Assembly: GCA_963693095.2 (NCBI GenBank)
Contig: OY843768.1
Coordinates: 1,056,001-1,120,000, forward strand
Direction: 5' to 3'
DNA from: Cenarchaeum sp.
GTDB lineage: Archaea > Thermoproteota > Nitrososphaeria > Nitrososphaerales > Nitrosopumilaceae
DNA: 64,000 nucleotides
Shown here: one piece after another, positions 1 through 9,680 of the stretch
Layout of the letters: every line of letters begins with the position of its first letter
Position numbering within the stretch: the stretch's first letter is position 1
Position numbers and translations under genes: made by a program
The notes under the pieces: generated by a model
Database searches by the model: none
What the model was told of the DNA's origin: nothing
Seen by the model: the letters and a program-made list of their open reading frames with translations, nothing else

Positions 1-846
1 ACGCTAGTGGCCGCAAAGGGGCGCGGCAGGTCAGTGGCCACGTGCGAGGGCGGCGTGGCCGGCCGCACCGGCACCGAGATGATCAAGGACGCCGAGGCCG
101 ACGTCCTAGTCGAGACGACGAGCAGCAACTATACTGACGCCGAGCCCGGCATGTCACACATCATGACTGCGATGGGCCGCCGCATGCACGTGATATCTGC
201 CAACAAGGGCCCGCTCGCCCTAGCGTTCCCCTCGCTCATGGAGCTTGCCGGCCACAACGGCGTCTCGCTCAGGTTTGGCGGCACAGTCGGCGGCGGCACG
301 CCGATACTCGACTATGCAAAGAACAGCCTGCGCGGCGAGCGCATCGTCTCCTTTAGGGGAATACTCAACGGGACGACAAACTATATCCTCACGGGCATGG
401 CCGGCGGCATGTCATTTGATGACGCGCTAGGGGATGCGAGGTCAAAGGGCTACGTCGAGGCTGATGAGTCACTCGACCTCGACGGCCTCGATGCGGCAGC
501 AAAGCTCGTCATACTCGCAAACTGGGTCATGGGCATGAAGGTCACGATGCCTGACATTGAGCGCACGGGCATACGCGACGTCAGCGGCGAGGACGTCAGG
601 CGCGCAGAAGGGGCAGGAAGCGCGATAAAGCTCATAGCGTCATGCGACGGCGTCCTCAGCGTGGGCCCGCGCGAGGTTGGCACAGACGATCCCCTCTGCG
701 TGAACGGGACGCTCAACGGAATATCATTTGTCTCCGAGCACTCGGGCACGCAAACGATAATCGGGAGGGGTGCCGGCGGGACAGAGACTGCAAGCTCCAT
801 AGTGCGCGACCTAATTGACATACGGCGGGACATGACGCGGCAATGA
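1..846 (+). CDS. hom: Homoserine dehydrogenase (5' end probably outside window)
   Basis: Motifs HVISANKGP, GGTVGGGTP, GILNGTTNYIL, LDGLDAAAKL, GRGAGGTETAS. Confidence 0.95.
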   Translation, partial: TLVAAKGRGRSVATCEGGVAGRTGTEMIKDAEADVLVETTSSNYTDAEPGMSHIMTAMGRRMHVISANKGPLALAFPSLMELAGHNGVSLRFGGTVGGGTPILDYAKNSLRGERIVSFRGILNGTTNYILTGMAGGMSFDDALGDARSKGYVEADESLDLDGLDAAAKLVILANWVMGMKVTMPDIERTGIRDVSGEDVRRAEGAGSAIKLIASCDGVLSVGPREVGTDDPLCVNGTLNGISFVSEHSGTQTIIGRGAGGTETASSIVRDLIDIRRDMTRQ

Positions 847-1316
847 GGACAGACACGCTCTCAAAGAGCGACACTACCGGACTGGTCGCAAGGATTGCCG
901 AGCAGTGGCACGGTGTTGGGGCGCCCTCGGCGCGCAACGCAAGGGTCCATCGCCTAGAGGGCTCGCTACTCTACGAGCTAGACGGTGTGCGCGTCCTAGA
1001 GGTCGACGGCGCGCTCTTGCCGTTTCTCGGGCAGGACGAGACGCTAGCTGCATTCCCAAGGGTCACAGTCGACACGGGTGCGGTGAGATTCATGTGCAAT
1101 GGCGCAAACCTCATGCGCCCAGGCATAACAGGCAACACAGAGTTTGCCGCAGATGACATTGTGTGCATTGCCGAGGAGGCCCATGGCAAGTACCTCGCAG
1201 TCGGCCGCGCGCGCGTCGCTAGTGCCGAGGTCGAGACCATGAAGCGCGGCGAGGTCGTCACAAACATGCACTATGTGTCTGACAGGCACTGGAACGCGGC
1301 CAAGGCCATACCCTAG
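843..1316 (+). CDS. PUA-domain RNA-binding protein (DUF1947/Tma20-like)
   Basis: VDTGAVRFMCNGANLMRPGI PUA signature; ATGA overlap with hom. Confidence 0.88.
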   Translation: MRTDTLSKSDTTGLVARIAEQWHGVGAPSARNARVHRLEGSLLYELDGVRVLEVDGALLPFLGQDETLAAFPRVTVDTGAVRFMCNGANLMRPGITGNTEFAADDIVCIAEEAHGKYLAVGRARVASAEVETMKRGEVVTNMHYVSDRHWNAAKAIP

Positions 1317-1909
1317 GGCGCTTCGCTAAACTCGCGCGCGCCTTCGGCGTTGACCACCATGACGTCAATGCCATCACCGCTCGCCGTGTCCCTCATCGAG
1401 GCCGAGCGGATCGACTTTTTGGCGAGCGTGACTGCGTCATCTTCTGACATGCCTTCGCGGAACTGTGGATCCAGCACGCCGAGGGCCATCTCGGCGCCGG
1501 TTCCCACTGCGGCATACCTGTCTGGGAGGACCGAGCCTAGTGGGTCTAGCGTGTATATCGACGGCTCGCCGACGACTCCGCCCACGATGACCTGCGTGAG
1601 GAGCGGAAAGAAGCGCCTCTCGTACATCATGTTTGACATCATCTTTGCGACCGTGTTGGGCGGCACGTCCCTCTGTATCTCCATGGCCCGAATCCTCGAG
1701 AGGGCCGCTATCTGGAGCGAGAGTATCTGCATGTCAGCCACGAGGCCCGCGCACGTCGCGCCCACCTTGGGGGTGATCTGGAAGACCTTTTTGGTCGACT
1801 TTGAGACTAGGAGGTTGCCGTAGGCTATGCGCTTTTCGCTCGCAAAGACGACACCGCCGTCAAATATCATGCCGACTGCAGTCGCGCCTGGCATATACAT
1901 GTAGGACAC
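1313..1909 (-). CDS. psmB: Proteasome beta subunit
   Basis: YMPGATAVG...ASEKR, GLVADMQ, DPLGS; start trimmed to GTG 1909, with TATA-like TTTATT ~25 nt upstream. Confidence 0.93.
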   Translation of the reverse strand: MSYMYMPGATAVGMIFDGGVVFASEKRIAYGNLLVSKSTKKVFQITPKVGATCAGLVADMQILSLQIAALSRIRAMEIQRDVPPNTVAKMMSNMMYERRFFPLLTQVIVGGVVGEPSIYTLDPLGSVLPDRYAAVGTGAEMALGVLDPQFREGMSEDDAVTLAKKSIRSASMRDTASGDGIDVMVVNAEGAREFSEAP

Positions 1910-2196
1910 GCCCAAGCGGGCCGGGGGGCACAATAAAGGGGTTTCTGCCCGCGCACGCCCCCGTGCGCGCATGATGCGCCCCTGATCGCAGGGTTTTGGC
2001 GTGGATCGCAGGGCGCAGCGCCGCACGAGGCAGGCGGCGCCGCACGGCAGGGCCATCACGCGGCCCCTGCCATGGGCACACTCGTGCGGGCATGAGCCCC
2101 CCTCGGGCGGACCTGCGGCGCGCCGGGACTGGGGCGGGGCGCAGGCCATGTGATCCCAGGCTGGGTCAGCAGGCGATTCTGGCGTGTGCGCGATCG

Positions 2197-3057
2197 CTAC
2201 TCGTACCGGTCAAACTGGACCATCACGCCTGGCAGCTCGTCTATAATGTCAGTTGCGAGCATGTGCGCGCCCAGGCGCTCCTGGATGCGCTCGCCGGCTG
2301 ACGCGTTGACAAAGGCCGCCGCAGTGGCCGCCTGGCGCGCGTTGCGGTTTCGCGCTAGTATCGAGGCCGCAATGCCCGAGAGGACATCGCCGGTCCCGCC
2401 GACAGTCATGGCAGGCGCACGCTTTTGGCACACCACACTCACGCTGCCGTCTGATATCACGTCAGCAGGCCCCTTTAGGAGTATGGTCGTCGAGTGGGCC
2501 GCCGCGCGCGACTCTACAGCGGCAATGCGCGACTCGAGGTCCACGGGCGGCGCCTCGCCAAAGAGGCGCGCATACTCGCCGGCATGCGGCGTGAGCAGGC
2601 AGTTCTTGCCCGATATTGCCGGCAGGATCGCAGCAGAGAGGGCACCGGCATCGAGGACCAGGCGCGTGTCGGCGTCAACGAGTGACGAGACGAGTAGCTC
2701 GAGGGCGCCCTCCTCGGCTACTGCAAGGCCCATGCCGATGGCTGCAGAGTCCATGCCGACAGGGGCAGCCCCCACAAGCTTTCTTGCCGCGCCGCGCGTT
2801 AGCTTTTGGTCGGCGAGCGGGATGACGATAAGGTTGGGCGAGATTGACCGTATCGCCGTGGCGTGGTGCGGCGGAACGGCAGTGTACACGAGGTCAGAGC
2901 CGGCCCTTAGCGCGGCGAGCGACGAGAGCGCAGGCGCGCCATGGTATGTCGTGCCGCCGCCGACGACGAGAACCTTGCCGTTCTGCCCCTTTCTAGAGTC
3001 GATCTTGCGCGGCGGGATGCACTCTCCCACGTCTGCGGCAGTTATGGTCAGCGCCAA
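2197..3057 (-). CDS. nnrD: ADP-dependent NAD(P)H-hydrate dehydratase (YjeF C-terminal family)
   Basis: KGQNGKVLVVGG, YHGAP, LDAGAL, LTPHAGEY, GGTGDVLSG. Confidence 0.93.
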   Translation of the reverse strand: MALTITAADVGECIPPRKIDSRKGQNGKVLVVGGGTTYHGAPALSSLAALRAGSDLVYTAVPPHHATAIRSISPNLIVIPLADQKLTRGAARKLVGAAPVGMDSAAIGMGLAVAEEGALELLVSSLVDADTRLVLDAGALSAAILPAISGKNCLLTPHAGEYARLFGEAPPVDLESRIAAVESRAAAHSTTILLKGPADVISDGSVSVVCQKRAPAMTVGGTGDVLSGIAASILARNRNARQAATAAAFVNASAGERIQERLGAHMLATDIIDELPGVMVQFDRYE

Positions 3058-3084
3058 CGTGCCCCCACGGCGAGGCGGGGGGCG

Positions 3085-3906
3085 TTAAGTCCCTTTCGCG
3101 CCATCGGCAGCCGCCTGCGCGCGTGCGCGCCCAAAGTGCGCCTTGCGCGCGTGGCAGAGGTACGCCGTGTGCCCTATGGGCTGGAACGCGTGCCTCGTCT
3201 TGCCCTCCCTGGCGTTTATCGGCCGCAGTATGTGCTCGCTGCACTCAATGTCGGTAAACTCGTTTTGCACAAGCTCGGCAACTAGGCGCTCGAGCTGGTT
3301 GACCGTCGGGCACACCGCAAAGAGCGCGCCGCTGTCGCGCAGCATCTTGCGCGCCTGCGGCAGGACCGTCCACGGATCGCCAAGATCCACTATTACGAGG
3401 TCAGCGCCCGACACTGGCATCCTCTTGGCCGACTTTAGGTCCACCTTGTTGAGCGTCACATAGTCTGACATGCCGGCGCGCTCAATGTTCTTTGCTGCAA
3501 TCTTCATAAACTCCTCATCGACGTCAAACGAGTGGACATGGCCATCAGGCTTTACGATGCTCGCCGCAAATATCGTGAGCGCGCCGCTTCCGGTCCCAAT
3601 CTCTACGACGGTCTGCCCGCCCATGAGCCCAGAGCGGGCCGCGATGTATCCGAGGTCCTTTGGATACACGATCTGCGTGCCGTGCTGGAGCTTCATGATG
3701 TGGTCGTGTGTCGTTGGCCGCAGGAGATAGACGTACTTGTCCTTGTTTGTCACGAGCCTGCTCCCGTAGCGCCGGCCGATCGCCTCACGGTGGTCGATGA
3801 CCCCAATGTGCGTGTGGAGCTGTCCGCCATCAGACATCTTGACTAGCCACTTTTTTGTCCCGTTATAGTAAAAGAGGACGTCATCGCCTGCTGTGATCTT
3901 TTCCAT
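3085..3906 (-). CDS. trmI: tRNA (adenine-N1) methyltransferase, GCD14/TrmI family
   Basis: TQIVYPKD, VVEIGTGSGAL, DLGDPW, IGHTAYL; start trimmed to ATG 3906. Confidence 0.93.
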   Translation of the reverse strand: MEKITAGDDVLFYYNGTKKWLVKMSDGGQLHTHIGVIDHREAIGRRYGSRLVTNKDKYVYLLRPTTHDHIMKLQHGTQIVYPKDLGYIAARSGLMGGQTVVEIGTGSGALTIFAASIVKPDGHVHSFDVDEEFMKIAAKNIERAGMSDYVTLNKVDLKSAKRMPVSGADLVIVDLGDPWTVLPQARKMLRDSGALFAVCPTVNQLERLVAELVQNEFTDIECSEHILRPINAREGKTRHAFQPIGHTAYLCHARKAHFGRARAQAAADGAKGT

Positions 3907-3958
3907 CTGCGCGCGCGCGATGCGCACGGTGTAATATATCCACGCGGTGCGATATGGC

Positions 3959-5845
3959 CTACATGCGTCCAGGAAGCGGGATTCCGAGGTGGGCCGCGAC
4001 GCCCTCGAGTGTGACCCTGAACGAGGTGACCAGCTCGACTCGTGCGGCCGTGGCTGCGCTGCCCCCGTCCCCGCCGGCAACCCTGACATGCTCATAGAAC
4101 GAGTTGAACGTGACGGCGAGATCGTGGGCGTATCGCGCAAGAACCTTGGGCGAGAGGCCGGCGGCTGCGCCGCGCAGTGCGACCCCAAGCGAGCCTATCG
4201 CCATGACGAGGGCGCGCTCGTGGGAGCCTGCGAGTGCCCCATAGTCTGCCTTGCCGTGGCCGATCCCCGCCTTTTCGAGCACACGGATCGCGCGCGCGTG
4301 CGAGTACTGGAGGTATGCGGCCGTGTCGCCGTCAAGGCTGAGCGAGCGCGCCAAGTCAAACGTTATGGCCCTGTCGAGATCCTGCCGGACCATCTCGTAG
4401 CGGATTGCGCCCACTGCGATCTGCTCGGCGATCGCGCGCACCTCGGCAGCGTCCATCCCCTCGTTGCGCCCAGAGGTCTCAGCCGTTGCGCGCTCGAGGA
4501 GCGAGTCGAGGACAGAGTCAGCGCCCACATAGAGTCCCCGCCGACCGGACATCTGGACGCTCTTGCCCCCCGTGGCCAGGCCAATGCCCTGGGCCGTCTC
4601 GGCGCTAAGCGTGACTGACTCGTATGCGAGGTGCACGTATGCGCCCTCGGCGATGCCAAAAAAGCGGCGCAGGAGCGACTCGATGATCGCCTGGAGGCGC
4701 GACTGGCGCGAGTCTATGACCGTTATGACGCGCCCTGCTGACATGTCGCGTGCCCTGCCGCCTGAATCCCGCAGCGCCGTGCAGAGCAGCGAGCGATCAG
4801 GCTGGTCAGGCACATACGCGACGTACTCAAAGGGGTCATCGACGAGGCCCAGCTTCCATGCGGCATACGGTATGTCCTTGGCCATGTATGTCGCCGTCCC
4901 GCCGCTCCTGACTAGAACCTTGTCATCATCGTCCTCGCCAGTACCGGGAACAGTCCAGCAGCCGGCGTTCTTGCCGTCTGTCTCGAGGCGAACCGTTCGC
5001 GCATCCTTGAGGCGCGCAAATATCTCGTCCCACATGCCAGAGCGCAGTATGTGAGACTCAAAGTTGAGGCAGTCGTACCGTGCGCCCACGCGCCAGCACG
5101 TCTGAAGCTGCGAGTCGAGGATCATGCGCGTTAGCCTGTCAGCAAGCCTGGCCTCCTCGGTTCCATCACGCTCCATTGCTGCCAGGATCTCGCCGGCCTC
5201 GCGCTTTAGGCCCTCGTCCTCCCCTATGCGGGCCATTGCGCCCACATACACAGTGTCGCCACAGTACGCGTCAAACTTTTGGCCGTCTGGTGGCGACTCG
5301 TCAAAGCCGAGGCGCGTAAAGCCGAGTATGAGGTTTGCGACCTGCAGGCCAGAGTCATCGACATAGTTGAGCGTGCGCACGTCATGGTTTGTGGCAGCAA
5401 GTATGCGCGCCACGGTGTCGCCCACGATGACGTTGCGCAGGTGACCTATGTGGAGAGCCTTGTTTGGGTTTACGCTAGTGTGCTCCACGGTGACGCGCTT
5501 TCCGTGGCCAATGTCGGCCCTGCAGTACGTGTCCTGCTGTGATGCGGCGATCGTCTCGGCGGCCAGTTCTGCCGCATCGGCAAAAAAGTTGATGTGGCCA
5601 GACGCATGGGCCTCAACTCGCCCAACGAGGCGGCGCGGCTTGCACGAGCGCGCAATGTCTGCGGCAATCTCGCGCGGCGCGCGGTGCGCAGAGCGCGCAA
5701 GGAGGAACGCCACGTTGGAGGAGACGTCGCCAAACCCCGGCCTCGCCGAGGGCTCGATGCCATAATCGGGCCCGTCAAGGCCGAGCTCGCCCACGGCCGA
5801 GTCGACCATTGCGCGGGCCTCAGAGGTGAGCGCATCGAGGGTCAT
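3959..5845 (-). CDS. argS: Arginine--tRNA ligase
   Basis: VEHTSVNPNKALHIGH (HIGH), MSGRRG, YLQYSHAR, C-terminal DALR domain; start trimmed to ATG 5845. Confidence 0.96.
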   Translation of the reverse strand: MTLDALTSEARAMVDSAVGELGLDGPDYGIEPSARPGFGDVSSNVAFLLARSAHRAPREIAADIARSCKPRRLVGRVEAHASGHINFFADAAELAAETIAASQQDTYCRADIGHGKRVTVEHTSVNPNKALHIGHLRNVIVGDTVARILAATNHDVRTLNYVDDSGLQVANLILGFTRLGFDESPPDGQKFDAYCGDTVYVGAMARIGEDEGLKREAGEILAAMERDGTEEARLADRLTRMILDSQLQTCWRVGARYDCLNFESHILRSGMWDEIFARLKDARTVRLETDGKNAGCWTVPGTGEDDDDKVLVRSGGTATYMAKDIPYAAWKLGLVDDPFEYVAYVPDQPDRSLLCTALRDSGGRARDMSAGRVITVIDSRQSRLQAIIESLLRRFFGIAEGAYVHLAYESVTLSAETAQGIGLATGGKSVQMSGRRGLYVGADSVLDSLLERATAETSGRNEGMDAAEVRAIAEQIAVGAIRYEMVRQDLDRAITFDLARSLSLDGDTAAYLQYSHARAIRVLEKAGIGHGKADYGALAGSHERALVMAIGSLGVALRGAAAGLSPKVLARYAHDLAVTFNSFYEHVRVAGGDGGSAATAARVELVTSFRVTLEGVAAHLGIPLPGRM

Positions 5846-5964
5846 TTGGGCCTGCCCCGCTGCCCGCGTGGCCGTGTCCTGCCGCACCCACATGATCTCC
5901 GCAATGCCTGTCGCGCGCGGCACACACGGCAACAATATTAAGAATAGCCCCACGCGCGCGCCGT

Positions 5965-7071
5965 GTGGGAATCCCCGAAAAGATCAAGGCCATACAGGAC
6001 GAGATGGCACGCACGCAGATCAACAAGGCCACCGAACACCACCTTGGCCTCCTGCGCGCAAAGATAGCGAGGCTCAAGCGCGAGCAGGAGGACGCGGCAT
6101 CTGGCGGTGCCCAGGATTCTGAGGGCTTTGACGTAAGGCGCACTGGGGACGCGACAGTCGTCTTTATCGGCCTTCCAAGCGTCGGCAAGTCGACGCTGCT
6201 CAATGCGCTCACCGGGGCAAAGTCAACAGTTGGCGCATTCCAGTTCACGACACTCACTGTTGTTCCCGGAATGATGGAGTACAAGGGTGCGCGCATTCAG
6301 GTTCTTGACCTGCCCGGAATAATAAAGGGCGCATCAACAGGGCGCGGAATGGGAAAACGAATGCTCGCCGTTGCCAGAAATGCAGACCTTGTGCTGCTTG
6401 TGCTCGACGTGTTCCAGCCATACCATGAGGATGTCCTAGTCAACGAGCTTGGAAACGTTGGCATTCGCCTAAACCAGGATCCGCCAAACATAACTATTGA
6501 AAAGACGCACAGTGGCGGGATAGCCATTGCGCAGCAGGTTCACCTCACAAAGACGACGGAGCGTCTCCTCACTGACGTCCTCCACGTGTATGGCATCAAC
6601 AGTGCGCGCGTCGTCATAAGGGAGGACGTGACCTCAGACCAGATCATAGACCGCATATCAGGCAACAGGACGTACGCCAAGGCCCTCACCATCGTCAACA
6701 AGATAGACCTCGTCGACGCGGATTTCCTCGATGCCATGCGAAAGAAGGTAAAGGCCGGACACCTCGAGGTCTCAGCAGACACGGGAGCCGGAGTCGAGGA
6801 GCTCAAGGATCGCATATACGCCGAGCTCAGGTTCATACGCATCTACATGAGGCCAAAGGGCGGCAAGACCGACTATGTCGAGCCGCTCATAATGAGGGAG
6901 GGCGACACCGTCGGTGACGTGTGCGACAAGCTCCACCGGACGATGAGGCGCAAGTTCCGCTATGCGATGATCTGGGGCAGCAGCGTAAAGTTTGGCGGCC
7001 AGCGCATAGGCATAGAGCACAAGCTCCATGACGAGGACGTCCTGACCATAATCAAGGCCCAGTGGGCATGA
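5965..7071 (+). CDS. DRG-family (OBG superfamily) GTPase with TGS domain
   Basis: NKATEHHLGLL, GLPSVGKS, FTTL, DLPG, NKID, C-terminal TGS. Confidence 0.95.
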   Translation: MGIPEKIKAIQDEMARTQINKATEHHLGLLRAKIARLKREQEDAASGGAQDSEGFDVRRTGDATVVFIGLPSVGKSTLLNALTGAKSTVGAFQFTTLTVVPGMMEYKGARIQVLDLPGIIKGASTGRGMGKRMLAVARNADLVLLVLDVFQPYHEDVLVNELGNVGIRLNQDPPNITIEKTHSGGIAIAQQVHLTKTTERLLTDVLHVYGINSARVVIREDVTSDQIIDRISGNRTYAKALTIVNKIDLVDADFLDAMRKKVKAGHLEVSADTGAGVEELKDRIYAELRFIRIYMRPKGGKTDYVEPLIMREGDTVGDVCDKLHRTMRRKFRYAMIWGSSVKFGGQRIGIEHKLHDEDVLTIIKAQWA

Positions 7072-7250
7072 TTTTGCGGCCATGGGATGCGCAAATACGC
7101 GTAAAATGCGCCATTTTGGCAGCCAAACTGCGCAGTGATCGTGATCGCAGTGCTGTGATCTTGCGCCAAATTTCGTTTACTATTTGTTATCAAATTGTGT
7201 AATAATGTTTAGTATTGCTTTAGAAAAACTATGAGTTGTCCGTAAACGTA

Positions 7251-7709
7251 ATGGCTACCAAGAGAAAAGCAGTCTCTAGGAAACGCACCTCAACGAAGAG
7301 AAGGACGACTAGGAAGACGACAAGAAAGACGACTAGGAAGACAACTAGGAAAACGACAAGAAAGACGACTAGGAAGACAACTAGGAAAACGACAAGAAAG
7401 ACGACTAGGAAGACACGAAAGACCACGACAAAGAGGACCGCTACCAAGAGGCGTACAACGCGACGCAAGACAACCGCAAAGGCAAAGCCCACACGGAGGC
7501 GCAGGCGAAAGTCTGTGACTGCGGCGGCAAAGCCCAAGCGCACGGTGAGGAGACGCAGGCGAAAGTCGGCAACCTCAACGGCAAAGCCCAAGCGCACGGT
7601 GAGGAGGCGTAGACGAAAGTCAACGACTGCAAAGCCCGCAACGCGCAGGCGTCGTCGTACGACCAAGACTGCTGCAGCCCCAAAGAAACGCAGGCGAAGG
7701 CGAGCATAG
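7251..7709 (+). CDS. Highly basic Lys/Arg/Thr-rich protein, histone H1-like / protamine-like
   Basis: (RKTT)n run followed by AKPKRTVRRRRRKS repeats; no acidic residues; AT-rich upstream region and own terminator. Confidence 0.75.
   Translation: MATKRKAVSRKRTSTKRRTTRKTTRKTTRKTTRKTTRKTTRKTTRKTTRKTTRKTRKTTTKRTATKRRTTRRKTTAKAKPTRRRRRKSVTAAAKPKRTVRRRRRKSATSTAKPKRTVRRRRRKSTTAKPATRRRRRTTKTAAAPKKRRRRRA
7300..7425 (+). repeat. 12-bp coding tandem repeat (RKTT units)
   Basis: Variants of AGGAAGACGACT / AGAAAGACGACT / AGGAAAACGACA in tandem. Confidence 0.9.
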
Positions 7710-7729
7710 CCGCCATCACCTAAACTAGG

Positions 7730-7751
7730 GTCGCTTTTAGCGACTTTTTTT
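7730..7751 (+). terminator. Hairpin plus T-tract terminator after the basic protein gene
   Basis: GTCGCT-TTT-AGCGAC followed by T7, then more T-rich sequence. Confidence 0.7.
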
Positions 7752-7786
7752 CCATTATTTTACATTTATTCCGTTAAAGACCCTGC

Positions 7787-8074
7787 CTACTTGAACATCT
7801 GCCTTGGCGGGGGCGGGGACTCTGCCTTGCCCTTTATGTTGCCCCTCGGAACCGTGAACGTTCGCTCGGCAGGAAGAACAGATATCTTTACTGACGTGTT
7901 TATCGCGTAGTGCGGCGTCCCGTCTGGATTTGTATAGTTGGTCGCCTTGCCGACCCTGTCGAGGTCCACCTTTACCTTTACAATCGTGTCATCCTCTAGC
8001 TTGAAGGACATGAACTCGTTCTCGAGTCGCGCGTGGTCTAGCATGCGAAACTCGACCTTGTCGTCAGGAGGCAT
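7787..8074 (-). CDS. Conserved hypothetical protein
   Basis: Globular-looking ORF MPPDDKVEFR...QMFK; start trimmed to ATG 8074. Confidence 0.7.
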   Translation of the reverse strand: MPPDDKVEFRMLDHARLENEFMSFKLEDDTIVKVKVDLDRVGKATNYTNPDGTPHYAINTSVKISVLPAERTFTVPRGNIKGKAESPPPPRQMFK

Positions 8075-8154
8075 CAACGCGCGTGGCGGCTCCCGAGCTA
8101 TTTCAACATAACGGCCTGTGCGCGCACCATGACCAAGCGAATCGCGCACATGCG

Positions 8155-9558
8155 CTAGTACAGGTAGCTCATGAGGCGGATCTGCTCCTCGGTCGTGATG
8201 ACGTCCTTTGCCTTTAGGGTGTCGAGGAGATCCTTAAAGATCGCCTTTTGGTCCTCTGACATTGAGCCAGACGTGCCCTTGTCACCGGGCGGGCCGGGCG
8301 GGCCAGGCGGTCCGGGTGGGCCGACCCCGCCCTGTCCGCCACGCGGTCCGGGCTCTCCGGCCGGACCGGCCGAACCCACCGGACCGCGCGCGCCCTGTGG
8401 GCCCTGGATTCCCTGCGGGCCGTGCATGCCCTTGTCACCGGGCGGGCCCGGCGGGCCGCGCTCGCCTTGCGGTCCCTGTGATCCTTGCGGACCCTTGTCG
8501 CCCGGCGAGCCCTGCATTCCGGGCTGGCCCTTCTCGCCGGACGGGCCGGCCGGACCCTTTTCTCCAATCTCACCTTGCGGTCCGGGAATTCCGGTCAGGC
8601 CCTTCTGTCCCATCTCGCCTTGTGGGCCGGCCGGACCCTTGTCACCTGGCGTTCCCTGTGGACCGTCCTCGCCCTTGTCGCCGGGCGGACCCGGTGGGCC
8701 TGTCGTCCCCTTGTCGCCGTGCGGACCCGGCGGACCCTTGTCGCCGTGCGGACCCGGCGGACCCTGCAGGCCCTTGTCACCAGACGGGCCGCGTGATCCC
8801 GTCTCCCCCTTTGCACCGTGCGCACCGCGCTCTCCGGTGATTCCCTTGTCGCCAATTGATCCCTGTGGGCCCTTGTCGCCCTTTGAGCCGACCTGACCCC
8901 GCGGACCCTGCGGTCCCCTTTCGCCCGGTGAGCCTGTCGGGCCTGTCGTGCCCTTGTCGCCCGGTGGACCCGGTGGACCCTTGTCGCCCTTGTCACCCTT
9001 GTCGCCGGTGAGACCCTTTGGACCGGACTGGCCCTTCTCGCCGGGCGGACCGGACACGCCGCGCGATCCCGGCGGACCCTGCGTTCCGGTCGGTCCGGCG
9101 CTGCCGCGCTCGCCGGGCGGACCCTGCGGGCCGCGCTGGCCCTTGTCACCCAGTGGACCCTGCGCGCCGCGCGTGCCCTGCTTTGCGCGCGGTTCATCAT
9201 GGCGAGGCCGCCTCTGCGTGTCGCGTTGACGCGGGGCATCCTGATGACTGCCTGGAACGGCTGCCTCAAAGACTGTGTGCTCACCAGAAAAGACGTCATT
9301 TACGACAACCCAGACCGAACCTAGCTCAAACACAGAGTCTGGAATCGGCCGTTGGCCCTCGCCTCCCAGCGAGACGGCAAACTCGCCATCCTTTACCCTT
9401 AGGTGGAACTCGGAGGTCCAGAGGGCATCAAATGACCTCGAGGAGGCCGATGCGGCATCTGGCCTCTGGCCTGCAAGCGATATGGCAGCCTCAAACACGC
9501 CCGAGCCGGTAAACGGTGAGCGTCCCCCCACGTCCAGCGTCCTGATCCGGTCCGGCAT
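8155..9558 (-). CDS. Collagen-like protein (about 100 uninterrupted Gly-X-Y triplets)
   Basis: GXY run over ~8260-9180, N-terminal globular domain, short helical C-terminus; start trimmed to ATG 9558. Confidence 0.92.
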   Translation of the reverse strand: MPDRIRTLDVGGRSPFTGSGVFEAAISLAGQRPDAASASSRSFDALWTSEFHLRVKDGEFAVSLGGEGQRPIPDSVFELGSVWVVVNDVFSGEHTVFEAAVPGSHQDAPRQRDTQRRPRHDEPRAKQGTRGAQGPLGDKGQRGPQGPPGERGSAGPTGTQGPPGSRGVSGPPGEKGQSGPKGLTGDKGDKGDKGPPGPPGDKGTTGPTGSPGERGPQGPRGQVGSKGDKGPQGSIGDKGITGERGAHGAKGETGSRGPSGDKGLQGPPGPHGDKGPPGPHGDKGTTGPPGPPGDKGEDGPQGTPGDKGPAGPQGEMGQKGLTGIPGPQGEIGEKGPAGPSGEKGQPGMQGSPGDKGPQGSQGPQGERGPPGPPGDKGMHGPQGIQGPQGARGPVGSAGPAGEPGPRGGQGGVGPPGPPGPPGPPGDKGTSGSMSEDQKAIFKDLLDTLKAKDVITTEEQIRLMSYLY

Positions 9559-9680
9559 GGATCGCAGCTCAAGTGCCAAGTATTTTTGTATTTTGACATA
9601 TATGGGCATGGGGGCGCGGCGCGCAGGCGTGGGGGGCCGGCGATGCCTAGAATGGTATTTATCTAGAAACAGCGCCACCG

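Noticed and set aside
1910-2149. Long N-terminal extensions in the ORF track (psmB, trmI, argS, sir, fpr, alba, polyprenyl synthase)
   Set aside because: Artefacts of longest-ORF calling in GC-rich DNA; downstream starts with TATA boxes at ~-25 fit better, and some extensions overlap tRNAs
7229-7666. Hydrophobic (VFLV)n ORF on the minus strand
   Set aside because: Antisense shadow of the RKTT repeat; the promoter and terminator favour the plus strand
8171-9299. Several long Pro/Gly- or Arg-rich ORFs over the collagen gene
   Set aside because: Alternative-frame shadows of a GC-rich GXY repeat
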